The notes under the pieces were generated by a model, which was given only the letters and a program-made list of their open reading frames with translations, had not been told where the DNA came from and did no database searches. Source: Nemertoderma westbladi (taxonomy: Eukaryota; Animalia; Xenacoelomorpha). Taken from it: a DNA stretch of 64,000 nucleotides. The position numbers and the translations under genes were made by a program. Position 1 is the stretch's first letter; the number at the start of each line of letters is the position of its first letter. Positions 36,301 through 49,369 of this stretch are shown here, in pieces. The DNA lies in contig JAUCBJ010002497.1 in assembly GCA_032718475.1 (NCBI GenBank), positions 67,997-131,996 on the forward strand. The letters are read 5' to 3'.

Positions 36301-38709
36301 ACAGAACCCACAGACCAAATAATTACAATAGAAAGACTCCCTACTATAGTAGATGAGCCTGAAATAATTAGGCCTGTTCTTGAAATCACCCCTTCGGTGA
36401 TAGACATACCTGTGCTCCCTGAAACTACCTCTAAATTCCCTCTGCATAGCACTAAGCTACCTGTGCCCCGCAGAACTGCCCAGGAGACAGTTCAGGTCCT
36501 GGACCCCGAGCGAAATATTCACAATTTGTCGCCCGTTGTCCCTCGTCCGCCCGCTACGACGTTGGCGGATCCCGTTTCGGCGGTTGATTGGGTAGACGAG
36601 AGACGGCGGGGGATGGATATCCTGCTCGGGCAGATGCAGGAGACTGTCCAGCAATTCAAGGGCACAGTAAGGGAAAGTAGGCTAGAGTTGCAAGAAGTGC
36701 AGCAAAGTATCGCGCTTGAACGCGATAAATTAGTAAACACCCAAAAGGGTATACCACCACCCTCTGTAACAATGTGTCAACCTGTTAGGTCTGAAGTATT
36801 GCATGCGCAAGGTGTGGAGCCTACACGCATATATACTGCTAGCGAAGTAGAAACTCCTATAGTGAACCCTATTAAGGGTAATTATAGACCTGTTGATAAT
36901 GACATTCCCTATAGACCTGATCATAATCCGAGAAATTTATATACCGATAACTCGATATTAAATAACACGATGGCCCAAGAAAGTTTTACGCGTCAAATGG
37001 CTAGAACCGAAGCCCGGCAAGCGGTGAAGGTGGGAGAGATAGTCAAATTCAATGGAGATGAGATGAAATGGTTACCTTTTAATTAATATTACAAAGATAA
37101 CATACAGAACTCTGTACTATCTAATGGAGAAAAACTTAGATACCTCATCGAGTGCTTGGAAGGATCTCCCAAGTTAATGGCGTTAAAGTTTATTGGACAT
37201 CCAGACGGATTAAGACAAGTTTGGGACACGCTAAACATCAGGTATGGTAATAGGAATAATATCGCTAAGTATTTATATGCAAAATTAGTAGCGCCCAGAA
37301 AGTTCATCAGCAGCGGGATAATAGAGTTTTCCGATGAGATTCAAGAGATCTGTAGACAATTAGATTGGTTAGGTAAGTCTCATGAATACCAAAGTTCTAT
37401 GGTCATTGGAGCTGTGGCTTCTACTTTACCGAAAGGTGGGGTAGGCACACGCTGGGATAAGAAAGTACTTTATATGATGGAACAACAATGACGAGACCCT
37501 ACCATGGCTGATCTCATGTCATTCTTAGATAGAGAAGTGAAATTACAGCTCCTAAGGCAGTCCAGAGAGAAGACATTGGAAAACAAGGTAAGTGAGAAAC
37601 CCGTTTCTAGGAGAAGGGTAATACCAGTATGTTATACCGACGACGGTGAAAGCCAAACTTCTCAAGGAGAGGACAGCGGGAAAGACACTGACAGAGCTTA
37701 TGTCAATAAAATGCCTAAAGATCAGGTAAGTAAATCCAAGTCTCGACCCAATGACAGAAGGGAACCGGTACAAAAAACCCCTCCTACGTCTCCTAAAAGA
37801 ATTCAGGTGAGAAAGCCCGAGGAAAGAACAAGTGTGCACCACATAGCACAGGTTAAAGTAAGTAACATCAAGCCCAAATGTGTGCTGTGCGACGGGCCCC
37901 ACCGTTTAAATGCGTGTGATAAATTCCTGAGGAAATCACTAAAGGATAGACGTGAAGTCATGTGGGATAAGCGGTTGTGTTATAATTGCCTCAGACGAGG
38001 ACACCAACGGCGAACCTGTAACTCCGACGCAAGGTGTGCAAAGTGCGGCGCAAAACATCATATCTTGTTGCACACGGAATTCGAACGAAACAGCCCGAGT
38101 CAGGTAAGTGAGTCCGAACTACATGTCCAATTCAGTGATGTGAACGACACTGATCAATCAGAGATGGAAGGATTCTATACGGACGAGTTCTCCGACCAAA
38201 ACGAATCCTGTTACCTAATAAACACCACCGCAGTGTATCGAGCACTCGTGTATGAGAAAGACACAGACAGCGACCTTACCTTAACTACTTCCGATCAACA
38301 ACCATCTTGGAAAGCGCCAACTTCCAATATAGGAATCCGAGAATTTCCTGTAGTCCAGTTACGGGTCCACGGACCTCAGAAGAGCTATATAGTGCACGCC
38401 CTCCTGGACTCCGGTAGCACAGGAACATTCATCGATAGGGAACTAGCCGAAGTCATCTTTGCTGGACAACCCAAGTTCCGAACCAAGCTAAACATGTCAG
38501 GGATCATGCAGGTTTGGAATTCTACTGTAGCTGCCGACTATTATATAGGTGAGTTGTCCACCCCCCAGGACGAACTAGGAGAACATAGCATCAGGTCAGT
38601 GAAAATGGTGGCTATAAAGAACTTCGCTACTACTCAAGCAGACCTTTATAATTGGGACGAGGATGAGAGCATCCAACATCTTAACATACCTCGATTCCAG
38701 ACTGATTAC

Positions 38710-41122
38710 TAGGGTGGAGTGAAAAAAAAATTTTTCTTTATTTTTAAGGGAAGCACTATTTTTCTGATGCCAAATCGGTCTAAACTATCTTTGCAAAAAA
38801 AAATTTTTGATTTCGAAAAATTCTAAGCGGGCCTCACGACACTTGAAAATTTCAAATTTTTGAAAAGGCAATGCCAGTTTTGAAAATCCCAGATATTTTG
38901 TATTTTTGATAAAGGTAAGGGAAGATGCAAATATTTAATGTCAAATAGGTAGGAAACAAAAACAAAATGTGAAATTGTGATTTTTATATAAATCTACCCC
39001 AGCCTCATGGCCATTAAAATTTTGCAAAATTTGCCAAATTTCACCCTTAAAATACAGCAAACCTACTTTGTAGTCTCTATAGTTGAAATCGATTTACTAC
39101 TGGGGTTTGGAGTTCTTCCTGAGTGAAAACCAAGTCCCCTGATTTGATTACTACTATATTTTAATACTAGAAACCCAGCTAGCTGGCTGTGAATTTACCT
39201 TTGGATCAAATTCCCAATAAGTATATTATAAACAACAGTACTGTAGGTATAGGAAGAAGGATAATTCTAAATTACGAAAACACTAGTAAAACAGTAAAGC
39301 AATAGAAAAACAGATGAGAAACACTGTAATGCACCAGGAAAAAGTAAAAATATTGATCAACAGGAAATTTAATACATGTATTACACTGAATTGGTATTCT
39401 TAAATGTACTCCTCGCATAGCACACCATTAAGTAATCTCCGTAAAACATAGGGACAACTATAAACTGTCCAGAAAACAGTGAAAACATGATTGGCATTAA
39501 ATAGCATTAAATTTTACCTAATATACTGCTAAAAAATAAGTTGACAGTGTCTAATACTACACAGAAACCATTGTTGCCCGGCAACCAAGGAACAGTAACC
39601 AATCAGCATGCATTTCAACAGTTTTACTGGTCAGCCGGTAGAGGCACATTAATGGTGTATTCTGGTATTAGTGTATTCCAGTATTCAAGTATTGTTAGTG
39701 TTGGATCTTGTCATCTGCTAAATGTTGAACAGTTAAAGTGCAGATGTTGCGGTATTTAATATTAAGACAGCAAAAGGGCCACAGTTAGGTCCTACCTACA
39801 GAGATACCGTAGTGAAGTGGCATACCAGTGTGGCTAGAAGCGCGGATGCAAGATCTAGAACACATCACACATGATGTTCTAGTCAGTTCGGTTTTCTGGT
39901 ATGAATGGTATCCTTAATAATAAATACCACAACTTCTGCACTTCAACTGCCAACATTTAGCAGATGAATTGATCTAACACTAACAATACTGGAATACACT
40001 ATGTAATTCCAGAATACAGCAACACAGGTACTACTGGCTGACCAGTAAAACAAGGATAGTGCTGAAATGCATGCTGATTGATTTCTTCTTTCACCTAGTA
40101 TTATTAGCAGCATATCAAGCAAACAGTTGAGGCGACCCGAAGGCTCCTCTTTCGATAGATGCTACCGAGGGTAGGGGTGGGCACTACTATTATCCCAAGA
40201 TTTGCTCCTAGTTATTTAACTGGTACTCAATTTATCGACCCCAGTGGATGAAAGGCGACTGAGTGGACCCTGGTGGGGCTGAACCTACAACCAATCGATT
40301 GCAGGCCTGGTGCTCAGCCAATTGAGCTACCCCGCTTTCTAGCGAAATATAGGTAAAATTTCACAGTTGTCCAGAGGGTTTATAGTGTTTTCCCTATGTT
40401 TTACGGAGATTACTTAACGTGTGCTATGCGAGGAGTACATTTAAGATTGCCAATTCAGTGTAATCGATGTATTAAATTTCCTGTTGATCAATAATTGTAA
40501 TGTTTTTCATATGTTTTTCTAGTGCTTTACTGTTTTACTAGTGTTTTCCTAATTTAGAATTATCCTTCTTCCTAGACCTAGGCCTACTGTTGTTTATAAT
40601 ATACTTTATTGGGAATTTGATCCAAAGGCAAATTCACAGCCAGCTAGCTGGGTTTCTAGTATTGAAATATAGTTGTGATCAAATCAGGGGACTTGGTTTT
40701 CACTCAGGAAGAACTCCAAATCACAGTAAATCGATTTCAACTATAGAGACTACGAAGTAGGTTTGCTGTATTTCTAGGGCTAAATTTGGCAAATTTTGCA
40801 AAATTCTAAACGCCATGAGGCTGGCAGGGCTGGGGTAGATTTATATGAAAATCACAATTTCACATTTTATGTTTGTTTCCAACCTATTTGACATTAAATA
40901 TTTGCATCTTCCTTAACTTTTATCAAAAATACAAAATATCTAAGAAATTCAAAACTGGCAGTGCCATCCCAAAAATTTGAAATTTTCAAGTGTCGTGAGG
41001 CCCGCTTAGAATTTTTCAAAATCAAAAATTTTTTTTTGCAATGTTAGTTTAGACCGATTTGGCATCAGAAAAATAGTGCTTCCCTTAAAAATAAAGAAAA
41101 TTTTTTTTTTCACTCCACCCTA
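38710..41122. mobile_element. Non-autonomous hAT-type (hATm-like) foldback element
   Basis: Termini TAGGGTGGAGTGAAAA and TTTTCACTCCACCCTA; 8-bp TSD CTGATTAC (38702-38709, 41123-41130); arms of about 1 kb, nearly palindromic around ~39850. Confidence 0.93.
40117..40336 (-). mobile_element. tRNA-derived SINE with Nin/Deu-like central domain
   Basis: Head GCGGGGTAGCTCAATTGG...GGTTCAGCCCC; core ACTCAG..CCTTTCATCC...GGGGTCGATAAATTGAGTACCAG; absent from the opposite arm of the foldback. Confidence 0.8.
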
Positions 41123-43697
41123 CTGATTACCCTGGAGTGCAAATACTCATCGGCCAAAACGCGCATGAGGCGCTGGAGACATTAGAGAAACGGCCTGCTC
41201 AACCGCAGCCCCTACAGACCTATGCGGTAAGAACTAGAGTAGGTTGGTACCTTACTGGACCTTCCCGTAGAACGCTCAGGGAAAGACTGCTTCAAGATCG
41301 CGTCTGCCAGGTGAGTGAATGGGAAGATGATACTAGTGAGGGAGACGACCCAACTGAGGGAACACCACACTCCTCAGATAATGACAATCTTAGCTCCAAT
41401 GTAGATCAATGGAGATATTGCCCCAAGAAGTTTAATCCAACGGACATCGCTTCCAGAGGAGCAACTCCTCAAGAACTGACAGATACTATAGACCGGTTAG
41501 GTGAACCCGACTTCCTGAGTAAGGAGAATGAATGGCCTCCCCATCTTACTCCGACTGAGATTAGACCAGCCAAGGGAGCGGAGAAAGTCGAACCTGAAAC
41601 CCGGACGGGTGGATCGGAGTTATTTGAACCCGGGATAGATCTGTCGGTATTACATGTTGCCAGGGACGACGCCGTGGATCTGGGCCTCCCCTCCGCGAGT
41701 GGATCCTTCATGAAGATCAGAGAGAGCGATTGGAGCTCTGGAACATCAGACGTCTCGCAGGGACTCTCACCTCTCCTGCAGAGAGCGACGGACCACTATA
41801 GCTCCTGGAATCGGCTTTGTGACGCCGTCATATACTTTGAGCGATGTTTCTATCGTCACTATTCCAGGACGAAGAGGAAACCTGGAATTGTATTCAGGAT
41901 GCAGCGACTCAATCACCCAGTCGGTCGTTTGTGTTTATCGGAAGGGAATGGAGGACTCTCCGGAAACTGTGGAAGGCAAGATTCTCTTCCCACGACCACC
42001 TCCCTAATCCTTCAAACATCTAGGGACTCCATAACGTAACAACATACGGAGTGGGTGTGTGACTCTATTATTTTATATTATTTTATTATTTTTATATTTA
42101 TGTATGTATTACTATGTAATTCTATTATAATCGTTTTCTTTAATTTTATTCAGTAGAATGTTATTTTAGCGATTATTTAGTAGATTAGTGCAATATATAT
42201 TCGCGTTTATTACTTAATTACGTATATATTATATTTAATGCGACGGCAAGAAATAATTCTTTTCCTTCTTCCTTACTGTCCGTATTACATTACAAATACG
42301 TAACTACAGTAAGATGAAATGTCCGTACTTATTAAAGTACGATAAAGCCACTACTATATTCAAGTATTATTGGTAGGCAGAGTATTAGGAATGCAAAGTT
42401 CAGATCCTCGTGTCTCGGCTAAACCAAGCTCTGGGTAGACCTTGGAAACGACTTGCCTCTTCACACTGACATTGCTTCGTGCGATATTGCTCTCATACCG
42501 TATATTAAATAATACATATAGTAGCGTGATGTCCCTTTAACAGTAGCGTATAACGCAAAATAAATCTGTTAAACCCTTTGACCATCTGTAATTCTAGTCG
42601 ATTAAGATATCGCGGCACCCACCGATATACTTGAAAGACAAATTCTAGAATCAGTGGTTAACGTCCCCAGACAAGTTCTGGAATAAATCGGTGCCCATCT
42701 CAAATATTAATTAATTAATATTTGCAAAATCTAATAAATCAAAATCTGTAAAATTCAGATCCTTCAATAATTCTAGTCAATTAAGATATCGTAGTATTTA
42801 CCGATATTCTTAAAAAGACAATTGTCATAGAATTAAGGATCTTGTGTCCCCAGACATGTTCTGGAATCCAAATATGTCCATTTAATTATCAAATAATAAA
42901 ATTTCAGGGAATCAATTTAAATTCATGCCTTTTAATGAATTTAATAAATTGCCATTTTTACGCAATTTATAAAGTTCCCAAAATTCCATTAATTAATAGA
43001 TCAAGGGAGCGGAGATTTATCTTAGCATGCGTATGAGTGTACGAAAGTCTCCCAAACATAGTCAATAGCCGATAAAATTCATAAAGTCATGTATAAAACA
43101 GAACATTGACTATTAAAGAATTACTATTAAATAACATCCCAGATCTGTATGCATTGGAATCACCCTAATTCTACCGCTAGCTTTGCATAATGTCACCATA
43201 GCAACAACCACGCTAGAATTAGAATTGAGTTAAAAGAACAATAGAAAGCTTGTCCCATTGAATAGCATAGGGAATAAATAGCGCACTACTAGTATCCAAG
43301 GATACATAATAATACAGTGACATTCTGGAAGGCATTGACTAACGGACAAGTGACCCGAGTGTGTGTAATTTGTGACAAGTTGTGTGTGTGGTACTTGTGA
43401 GCTTATAGGCGAATGTTACTACTAAGGTGTGTTTACAGTAGCAAGTCGCAATCGTAAAGTAACCTAACTCTCCAAGGAAAACCTGAAGTACATCTAAGCC
43501 TTTGGGACGGACAGTTGAGTGACTTGTGCCGGTTGTCGTTGTCGTTGTGCGGCTACGTCGTTGGCGAAAGTACAGCGGCGACGACACATCGGCGCTGAGG
43601 ATCTCGTACTGTCCGGGGGTTAATTGGAGTAGGCAGCGACGCCCGCTCGCCTAAATGTGGACTCATTATAATATGGACAAACTCATATATAGCAGAT

Positions 43698-44950
43698 ATG
43701 ACGGAGTTGATAGAAGATGGTCTTGGTATCGGGGAGCGATATACTCTACTTTTGCAAGCGTTTGTTGATAGCTTAATACGCGGCGACGTTAGTCCAACTG
43801 CTGCGGAGGACGATGGTCGTTATATCGAACCGCCAAGGTCCCAAGAGCAGCTCACGCGTGAGTTGGACTATAGAAAATTCGCTGCTCGATATACGCAGCG
43901 TAATGGTACGTATATGGGCTTCTTAACTACTGGTCATCCTATCGATTTACACAATACGGACTATGTCGACTATATATCCTGCCCAGCGGAGTCGGAACCA
44001 TAAACTGAAATTCGAATGCGAAAATTCTATTCGAAATCGACTCGAAAGAAAAGACACTAAAGAAACAAATGGACGCGGTAACTCCAACGTATATTTGGAA
44101 TTCTTGATAGAAGCATTGTAACAACAAATAAATATCACCCGCGTTTACCTTACCAGACGTGCGTCTTTGGTATTATTACGATAAATGCCCTAGACCCAAC
44201 TAATAAACGGAAAGACATAAACATCCACGTAAACCGAAACTTGTTGACGTATCACCTATGCTCACTCGGCTCGAACGATCCTGGAGTAAACCTACGATCA
44301 GAGTCCCGGAATACTCGGTCAAACCTCCTCATTCCTTAGTTGGACCTCAGACCTGCGATCTTGGTGGTGTCGCGGATCCTCGCGGACTGTATTCACTGTT
44401 CAAAGATCTAGTGCTACCCTAACAATTAATCGGTAACACTCCGACAGTGATTTCTAGCTAGCCGCCCATCTTACCTAGCCGGATTGTGACGCGGACACCT
44501 AATATCACTACCCAACCGTATGGTCGTCCACGTTTAACGCGATACAACCCCTCATCAAGGTGAAGGAGAGCATTGTACGAAACGAGTTAAACGCTATTTT
44601 ATAAAGATCAAAAAGGAAACCTGCGTTTGTTCAGATAAACGTAAGTTATAACAGTGAGTCCAATCGATACACGAATTGGCCTTATCTCAATTCGATTGGG
44701 AAATCCAGAATCTCTAAGAAGTTATCGAACTTGGACAATCCTATTCTCTGCGAGAGTTTTTGGATGAACGTATCCAGCTACGAGCGGAGGAAAATCAGCT
44801 CGAGGAGAAGCATATCGAAACGGCAGATACTTCGACCACAATCCTACACCTTCTGATGCAATCATATTGCACCCTTCACCCAGGAGTTATGGCCCTCCTA
44901 GTAAAGTGGCTCCCCCCAAAGAGAAAAGGACTCTTGCTAGCCTCAAAAAA
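43698..44950 (+). pseudogene. Degenerate accessory ORF of element B, homologous to 15100-16412
   Basis: MTELIEDGLGI...DDGRYIEPP.SQEQLTRELDYRKF; downstream AEENQLEEKHIE. Confidence 0.6.
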
Positions 44951-45061
44951 CTGCGTAAACGCCGTCTGCGTAAGAAAGACTAACTGTTTAGAGTATCTTT
45001 ATGTTTTAGAAACTGTGATTTTTATATTTTATAGACTGAAAATCCCATTTTCTGGGAGCGG

Positions 45062-46278
45062 TGTAAAAGCCTTTGCTGAATTGCCCCGTTTTTTATATTA
45101 TCTTTTACATTAAAATACTCTGTAGTTGATTTAATAAGTGTAAGAGACCGTATTATTGCTGTATCGGTGTTTTTAGAGGATCTAAGACCTATTTCCTCCG
45201 TATGTGTACTGTGAAAGGCATATTTTATGATTCTATGGCAATTCGTGACGCAAAGGGGTGATAGCTACTCTTGAACAGTAGTTACTATGACTACGGTTAA
45301 CAGCTGACATTCATACGTGTTGATTTCCTTTGTTCTACGGCGTCTCTCAGTTCAGTCAGCCAATGAGAGCGTTTTTGTGGCTCCTTGTACAGAAAATTTC
45401 CGAGAAATGACGCAATGCCTATGTGCAGTGTTTACATTCAGTCTTGAGCCAAAGAAAGAACGGCTTGGAAGTATTTTGTGCTGTACTGCTTTTTAGTCGT
45501 ACACTAGTAGGTTTAATTATAAAGGGCATATATCCTTTAACAAACTGACTACTTGAATATCTCATGCCTATATCTCATTGCTGACATACCGGTACTGACT
45601 TGTTGTTTTATACTGCTATTTGCTGTCAGTTCTTCATAATATGGTTGATGAATAATTATATTTGGAATAACGATAAATAACCCCGCAACCCAATATTCTT
45701 GATATACCTAAGGTAAGAGAGAAAGAAAGGTTACCAATAACGATTGTGACTTATGTTAAAGTGGTTTGAAGTGAATCTAATGTTATTTGATAGACCCTAC
45801 ATGAGTCAGCCTGTGTTCCTTTTATATGTGACTAAAATCATTGAAGATTGGCAGATTAGTGTGCAGTATTGTGCAGCATAGTGTATGCGTGAGTCTGTTA
45901 AAGAAGCAATTCCTAAAGAATGCGCCATATATGTGAATTAATTAAGCCATATCGTTGTGAGTAGTTTAAGTCATAACTCTGTTTATGTAGATAAAGCGCC
46001 ACGTCCTAAAGGAACTGTTAATATTACCGAAGGTGAATAATATTGTCAGAGATTATATAGTACTGTCAGTCGAATAATACATTAGGCTTACATAGCAATA
46101 AAAATTAAACCGTCGAACCCAATCTCCCGGGAATATCCAGCGGGTGAATGGTCGCGCACGGATTGGTTTCGACTAGTGTAGTGAATCAAATACTTGTCAT
46201 AGACTAAAAAGCGATTTATTATCTAGAAGACATTCTAATTTGGCGGGTTAAACTGCCAAAGGTCTGAAAGCGCGAACA
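45062..46278 (+). repeat. 3' LTR of element B (1217 bp)
   Basis: Matches 32161-33373. Confidence 0.97.
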
Positions 46279-46283
46279 GGGCG

Positions 46284-49234
46284 GAAGACTCGCGAGCCTA
46301 CCTTACCATTGGACGTCACACGATCAAACTTCAGCTAAGGAGATGACACCGGAAGTTTTCGAGAGTATAAACTTTGCTCAAAACGTTATTCAGAGACTAC
46401 AGATTGCATCCCTGGAAAGGACAAGAGAAATGCAACCGTATAGTACTTCAACTACGAAACCATTGAGTACGACACTCAATTTCCCTATTAGTATACCAGT
46501 TCGACAAGATACAACGTATGAAATACCTATTGTGGATCATCCGGAAATCATTTCGAACTTAGAGTTTCTTCCTGCAGTTGTTCTAAGCGATATGGTTAAG
46601 ATATATGATTTACGTAGACATATTACGCAAAAGGTCGTGCATAATGTTCCGCCTCATATTCAAGACTTTAGGGAACTGGATAGAGCTGGCGCTGATATAG
46701 CTCCGAGTAACCTGAAAGGATATTTAACCAAAACAATTCGCTTATGGATTGGAACAGGAACCTTTGAGTCGGATACAGATATCGCTGCGGACTGGCAAGG
46801 TAAAGTCATTCGTTTCGAGGACGAGAAAGACATAGAGAAGATTTGGCAACCTTCGGAAGAATTATTGGACGAATGGAATAGGACGTTTAGATCGTTTCAG
46901 GAAAACGGTTACATGTTTTATGATAACGAGGGCGGCAGCCATCAGCAGAGTCTAACCTCCAAGACTATACAAATTAGAGCGGCAGACGGAGTTTTGCACA
47001 TTTTCAGTAGACAAAGGAGCGACAAGCGAATGCCAATACCTCCAGGAACTACAAAGCGGCACCATTTCATCACAAATATAGTAAAGAAAATGGACCAGGC
47101 TTGCAATATCGATGCTAAAATGTTACCAAAGACGGTGAGAAATATGATTTTAGATAAAACTGTTGTAAAGATTGGATCAGGAGTAAGAGAGGACTTAATT
47201 AGCGACTTCGCCGGCATTTCGGACAGTGACGACCGATTACCGACACCTTACGTCGACACTCGACCTCTTATACTGTGGTCTATAGAACAAGGATACTTTC
47301 GTGAGTATGATACTCAGAAAACCGGAACTGGATATATTTCCTACTTGATGTTTAATTGGGATTACAAGGAAAGTAAAAGAACAAAGTATATCGAAACGTA
47401 TGGAGAAGGTGATACTCCAGATATAAATGAGTTTGAATCACAGCTCAAATGGAGAGGATGCGTATATTGGGCTATTACTTCACCTCCAAGAGCCATACTA
47501 CAATATTATTTAGCGATAGAGTCATCAGTGAATGTTTGCTTAGTCGCCGACATTGTGTCTCGGACTCTTAAAAGACATCCACTTTGCCTCGGAGAAGATC
47601 ATACATTCCACGCGGAAGGGAGAATTCATACCGATGTGTTTAGATGGTTTCTCGAACCCTTCTACAATTCCGACGCTCAGTGTAATGCCTTCACTCGAGC
47701 AGGATTCAGTATATTTCGAGACGTGTATCTTCGCTGTGCGGGATCTCTTATCGAAAGACCATCTATGTTTACATTGTTACCCTATGAAGGAGAACGTATC
47801 ATGGAGCTTACTGACGAATCACGGCAGACGCGTGCGCCTATCGGTCACTTAGGTGATGATTTCGAAGTAACGACGGCCATCGATGATCCTTTAGAGGAAC
47901 TTCTTGAGATTGAAAGGAACCTCCCGAAGAAATCTCAGGCGGAGATTCGACAACTAGAAGCAACAGATGCTGTAGTTTGCATACAACCTTCTGAAACATA
48001 CCAACCTATCGACCCAGACGATTATGACTATAGTGTGGGAGGAAGCGCTCGACCCATTGGCGATCTTATATATGAGCGAGTGTGGTACCCTGCTAATACG
48101 ATGTGTGGTAAATGTGGCGTCGCTGGACATCATTCAACAAAGTGCAGTGGAAAGCACATTACTACGACTCAACTGATTTGTGGGTGGTGTGGAGATCAAG
48201 GGTCCCATACATTTTATACTTGCTGGAGATTTATGGCTCAATGCACATATTGCAATATAAAGGGACATCGAGCATCTGAATGCCAACTGAGAGACATACC
48301 TTACGAACACGAATCTGTAAAACTCGTGCGAAAACTATTTGATGAGTGGGAAGATTTGGCTGACGAACATGTAGCAGCGCAAAGAAGACGGTTCCCGATG
48401 AGAGCGCATCTTGGATTTTGGGTGGTAAATCCTCAAACTATGATGTCGGAAGGATATATCTCCGCTATGCCGCAATATGACGAACTCATCGAGGTAGTTG
48501 ATATTTTGCCTCACGATAGTGGATTCCGAGTTGTGCGCGAATATTTGTTACAGATACACCCTGACAATAAGAATACATGGAATTTCCAGAAAGTCGTTAA
48601 TCGTATCACCTATGGTGAATTTGATCGGTTCCGAACGGAAAAGCGGAACAAGGGAGCTTGGTTAACCGTTGCATGGGCGTACCGAGCCGCGTTCTACCAT
48701 AAACGTATACGAGCGAGCGTATTCGAGGAAGAGGAGGTCCTAGAGGCGAACAACATACCAGCTACTCCGGTCGCGCCATCTGCACGTCACCCTCGGGAGG
48801 ACGGACAGCACAAGATCATACGGGTCCAGAAAGTGGGCCAACAGTTAAAGAAAACTATCAACGTTGAAGAACGAAGGGGATACGAACCGACTATTCGAAT
48901 TACTCGGGATACGGTTTCGCTTCCCAGAGAACCGCAAGGAGGATCGGGACATATACCAGCTGATCAAAAGGGGGCGCAAGCTTCTCTTGGGTCTGCGTCG
49001 TCCGCTTCTCGCGCGTTCCCAGACGTTTTACCAGCGGTAGATACAACAGATCGGTCACGAGGGATTGGACGAGGATTTGGGATAACTAAGAGACGAATAT
49101 GTGAGGAAATGGTCGTACCATCTCCCAACGTCCAAAGTAATCCAGTGGCTCGCCCCACAAGTCCCATATCACGAGCTAAATCGCCGATACGCAGTTTTCG
49201 AGGACGCGGCAGGGCTCGATCCGCTAAGCGTTAA
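46284..49234 (+). CDS. Element C ORF3, C-terminal part: DEDDy/RNase D-like 3'-5' exonuclease, three CCHC knuckles, basic tail
   Basis: ExoI-like FYDNEG, TIQI, LPKTVRNMILDKTVVKIGSGVREDL (ExoII-like), YVDT, ExoIII-like YLAIE; knuckles CGKCGVAGHHSTKC, CGWCGDQGSHTFYTC, CTYCNIKGHRASEC; Arg/Ser-rich end. Confidence 0.75.
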
Positions 49235-49369
49235 AGCGGGAAGGAAGGAGTGGACGGAAGACTCGTGAGCCTTTCTTATGAATTGTTTGTTTTATGTATT
49301 GTTTTATGCATTGTTTAGGTAAATCAAATTGTTTATGTAAATTGAATTATTTATGTAATTTGTATTGTT

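Larger units (their letters stand above)
35545..42039 (+). pseudogene. gag: Element B gag-protease with short pol remnants; one frame with stops at 37084 and 37489, interrupted by the hAT insertion
   Basis: CVLC..H..C, CYNCLRRGHQRRTC, CAKCGAKHHILLH; protease LLDSGS; the frame is restored across the insertion (PRFQTDY|PGVQILIG); then WRYCPKKFNPTDIASRG and SSWNRL with no RT or integrase core. Confidence 0.9.
32161..46278 (+). mobile_element. LTR retrotransposon B: non-autonomous BEL/Pao-type (gag-protease only), same lineage as A
   Basis: LTRs 32161-33373 and 45062-46278 (TG...CA; I see only one substitution and a 4-bp indel); TSD GGGCG (32156-32160, 46279-46283); PPT GGGAGCGG before 45062. 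Confidence 0.97.

Noticed and set aside
46343-49234. Independent host gene or env gene
   Set aside because: It lies between the LTRs of C, joins in frame with 31389-32160 and carries the C-specific hairpin motif; no signal peptide or transmembrane helix is evident.
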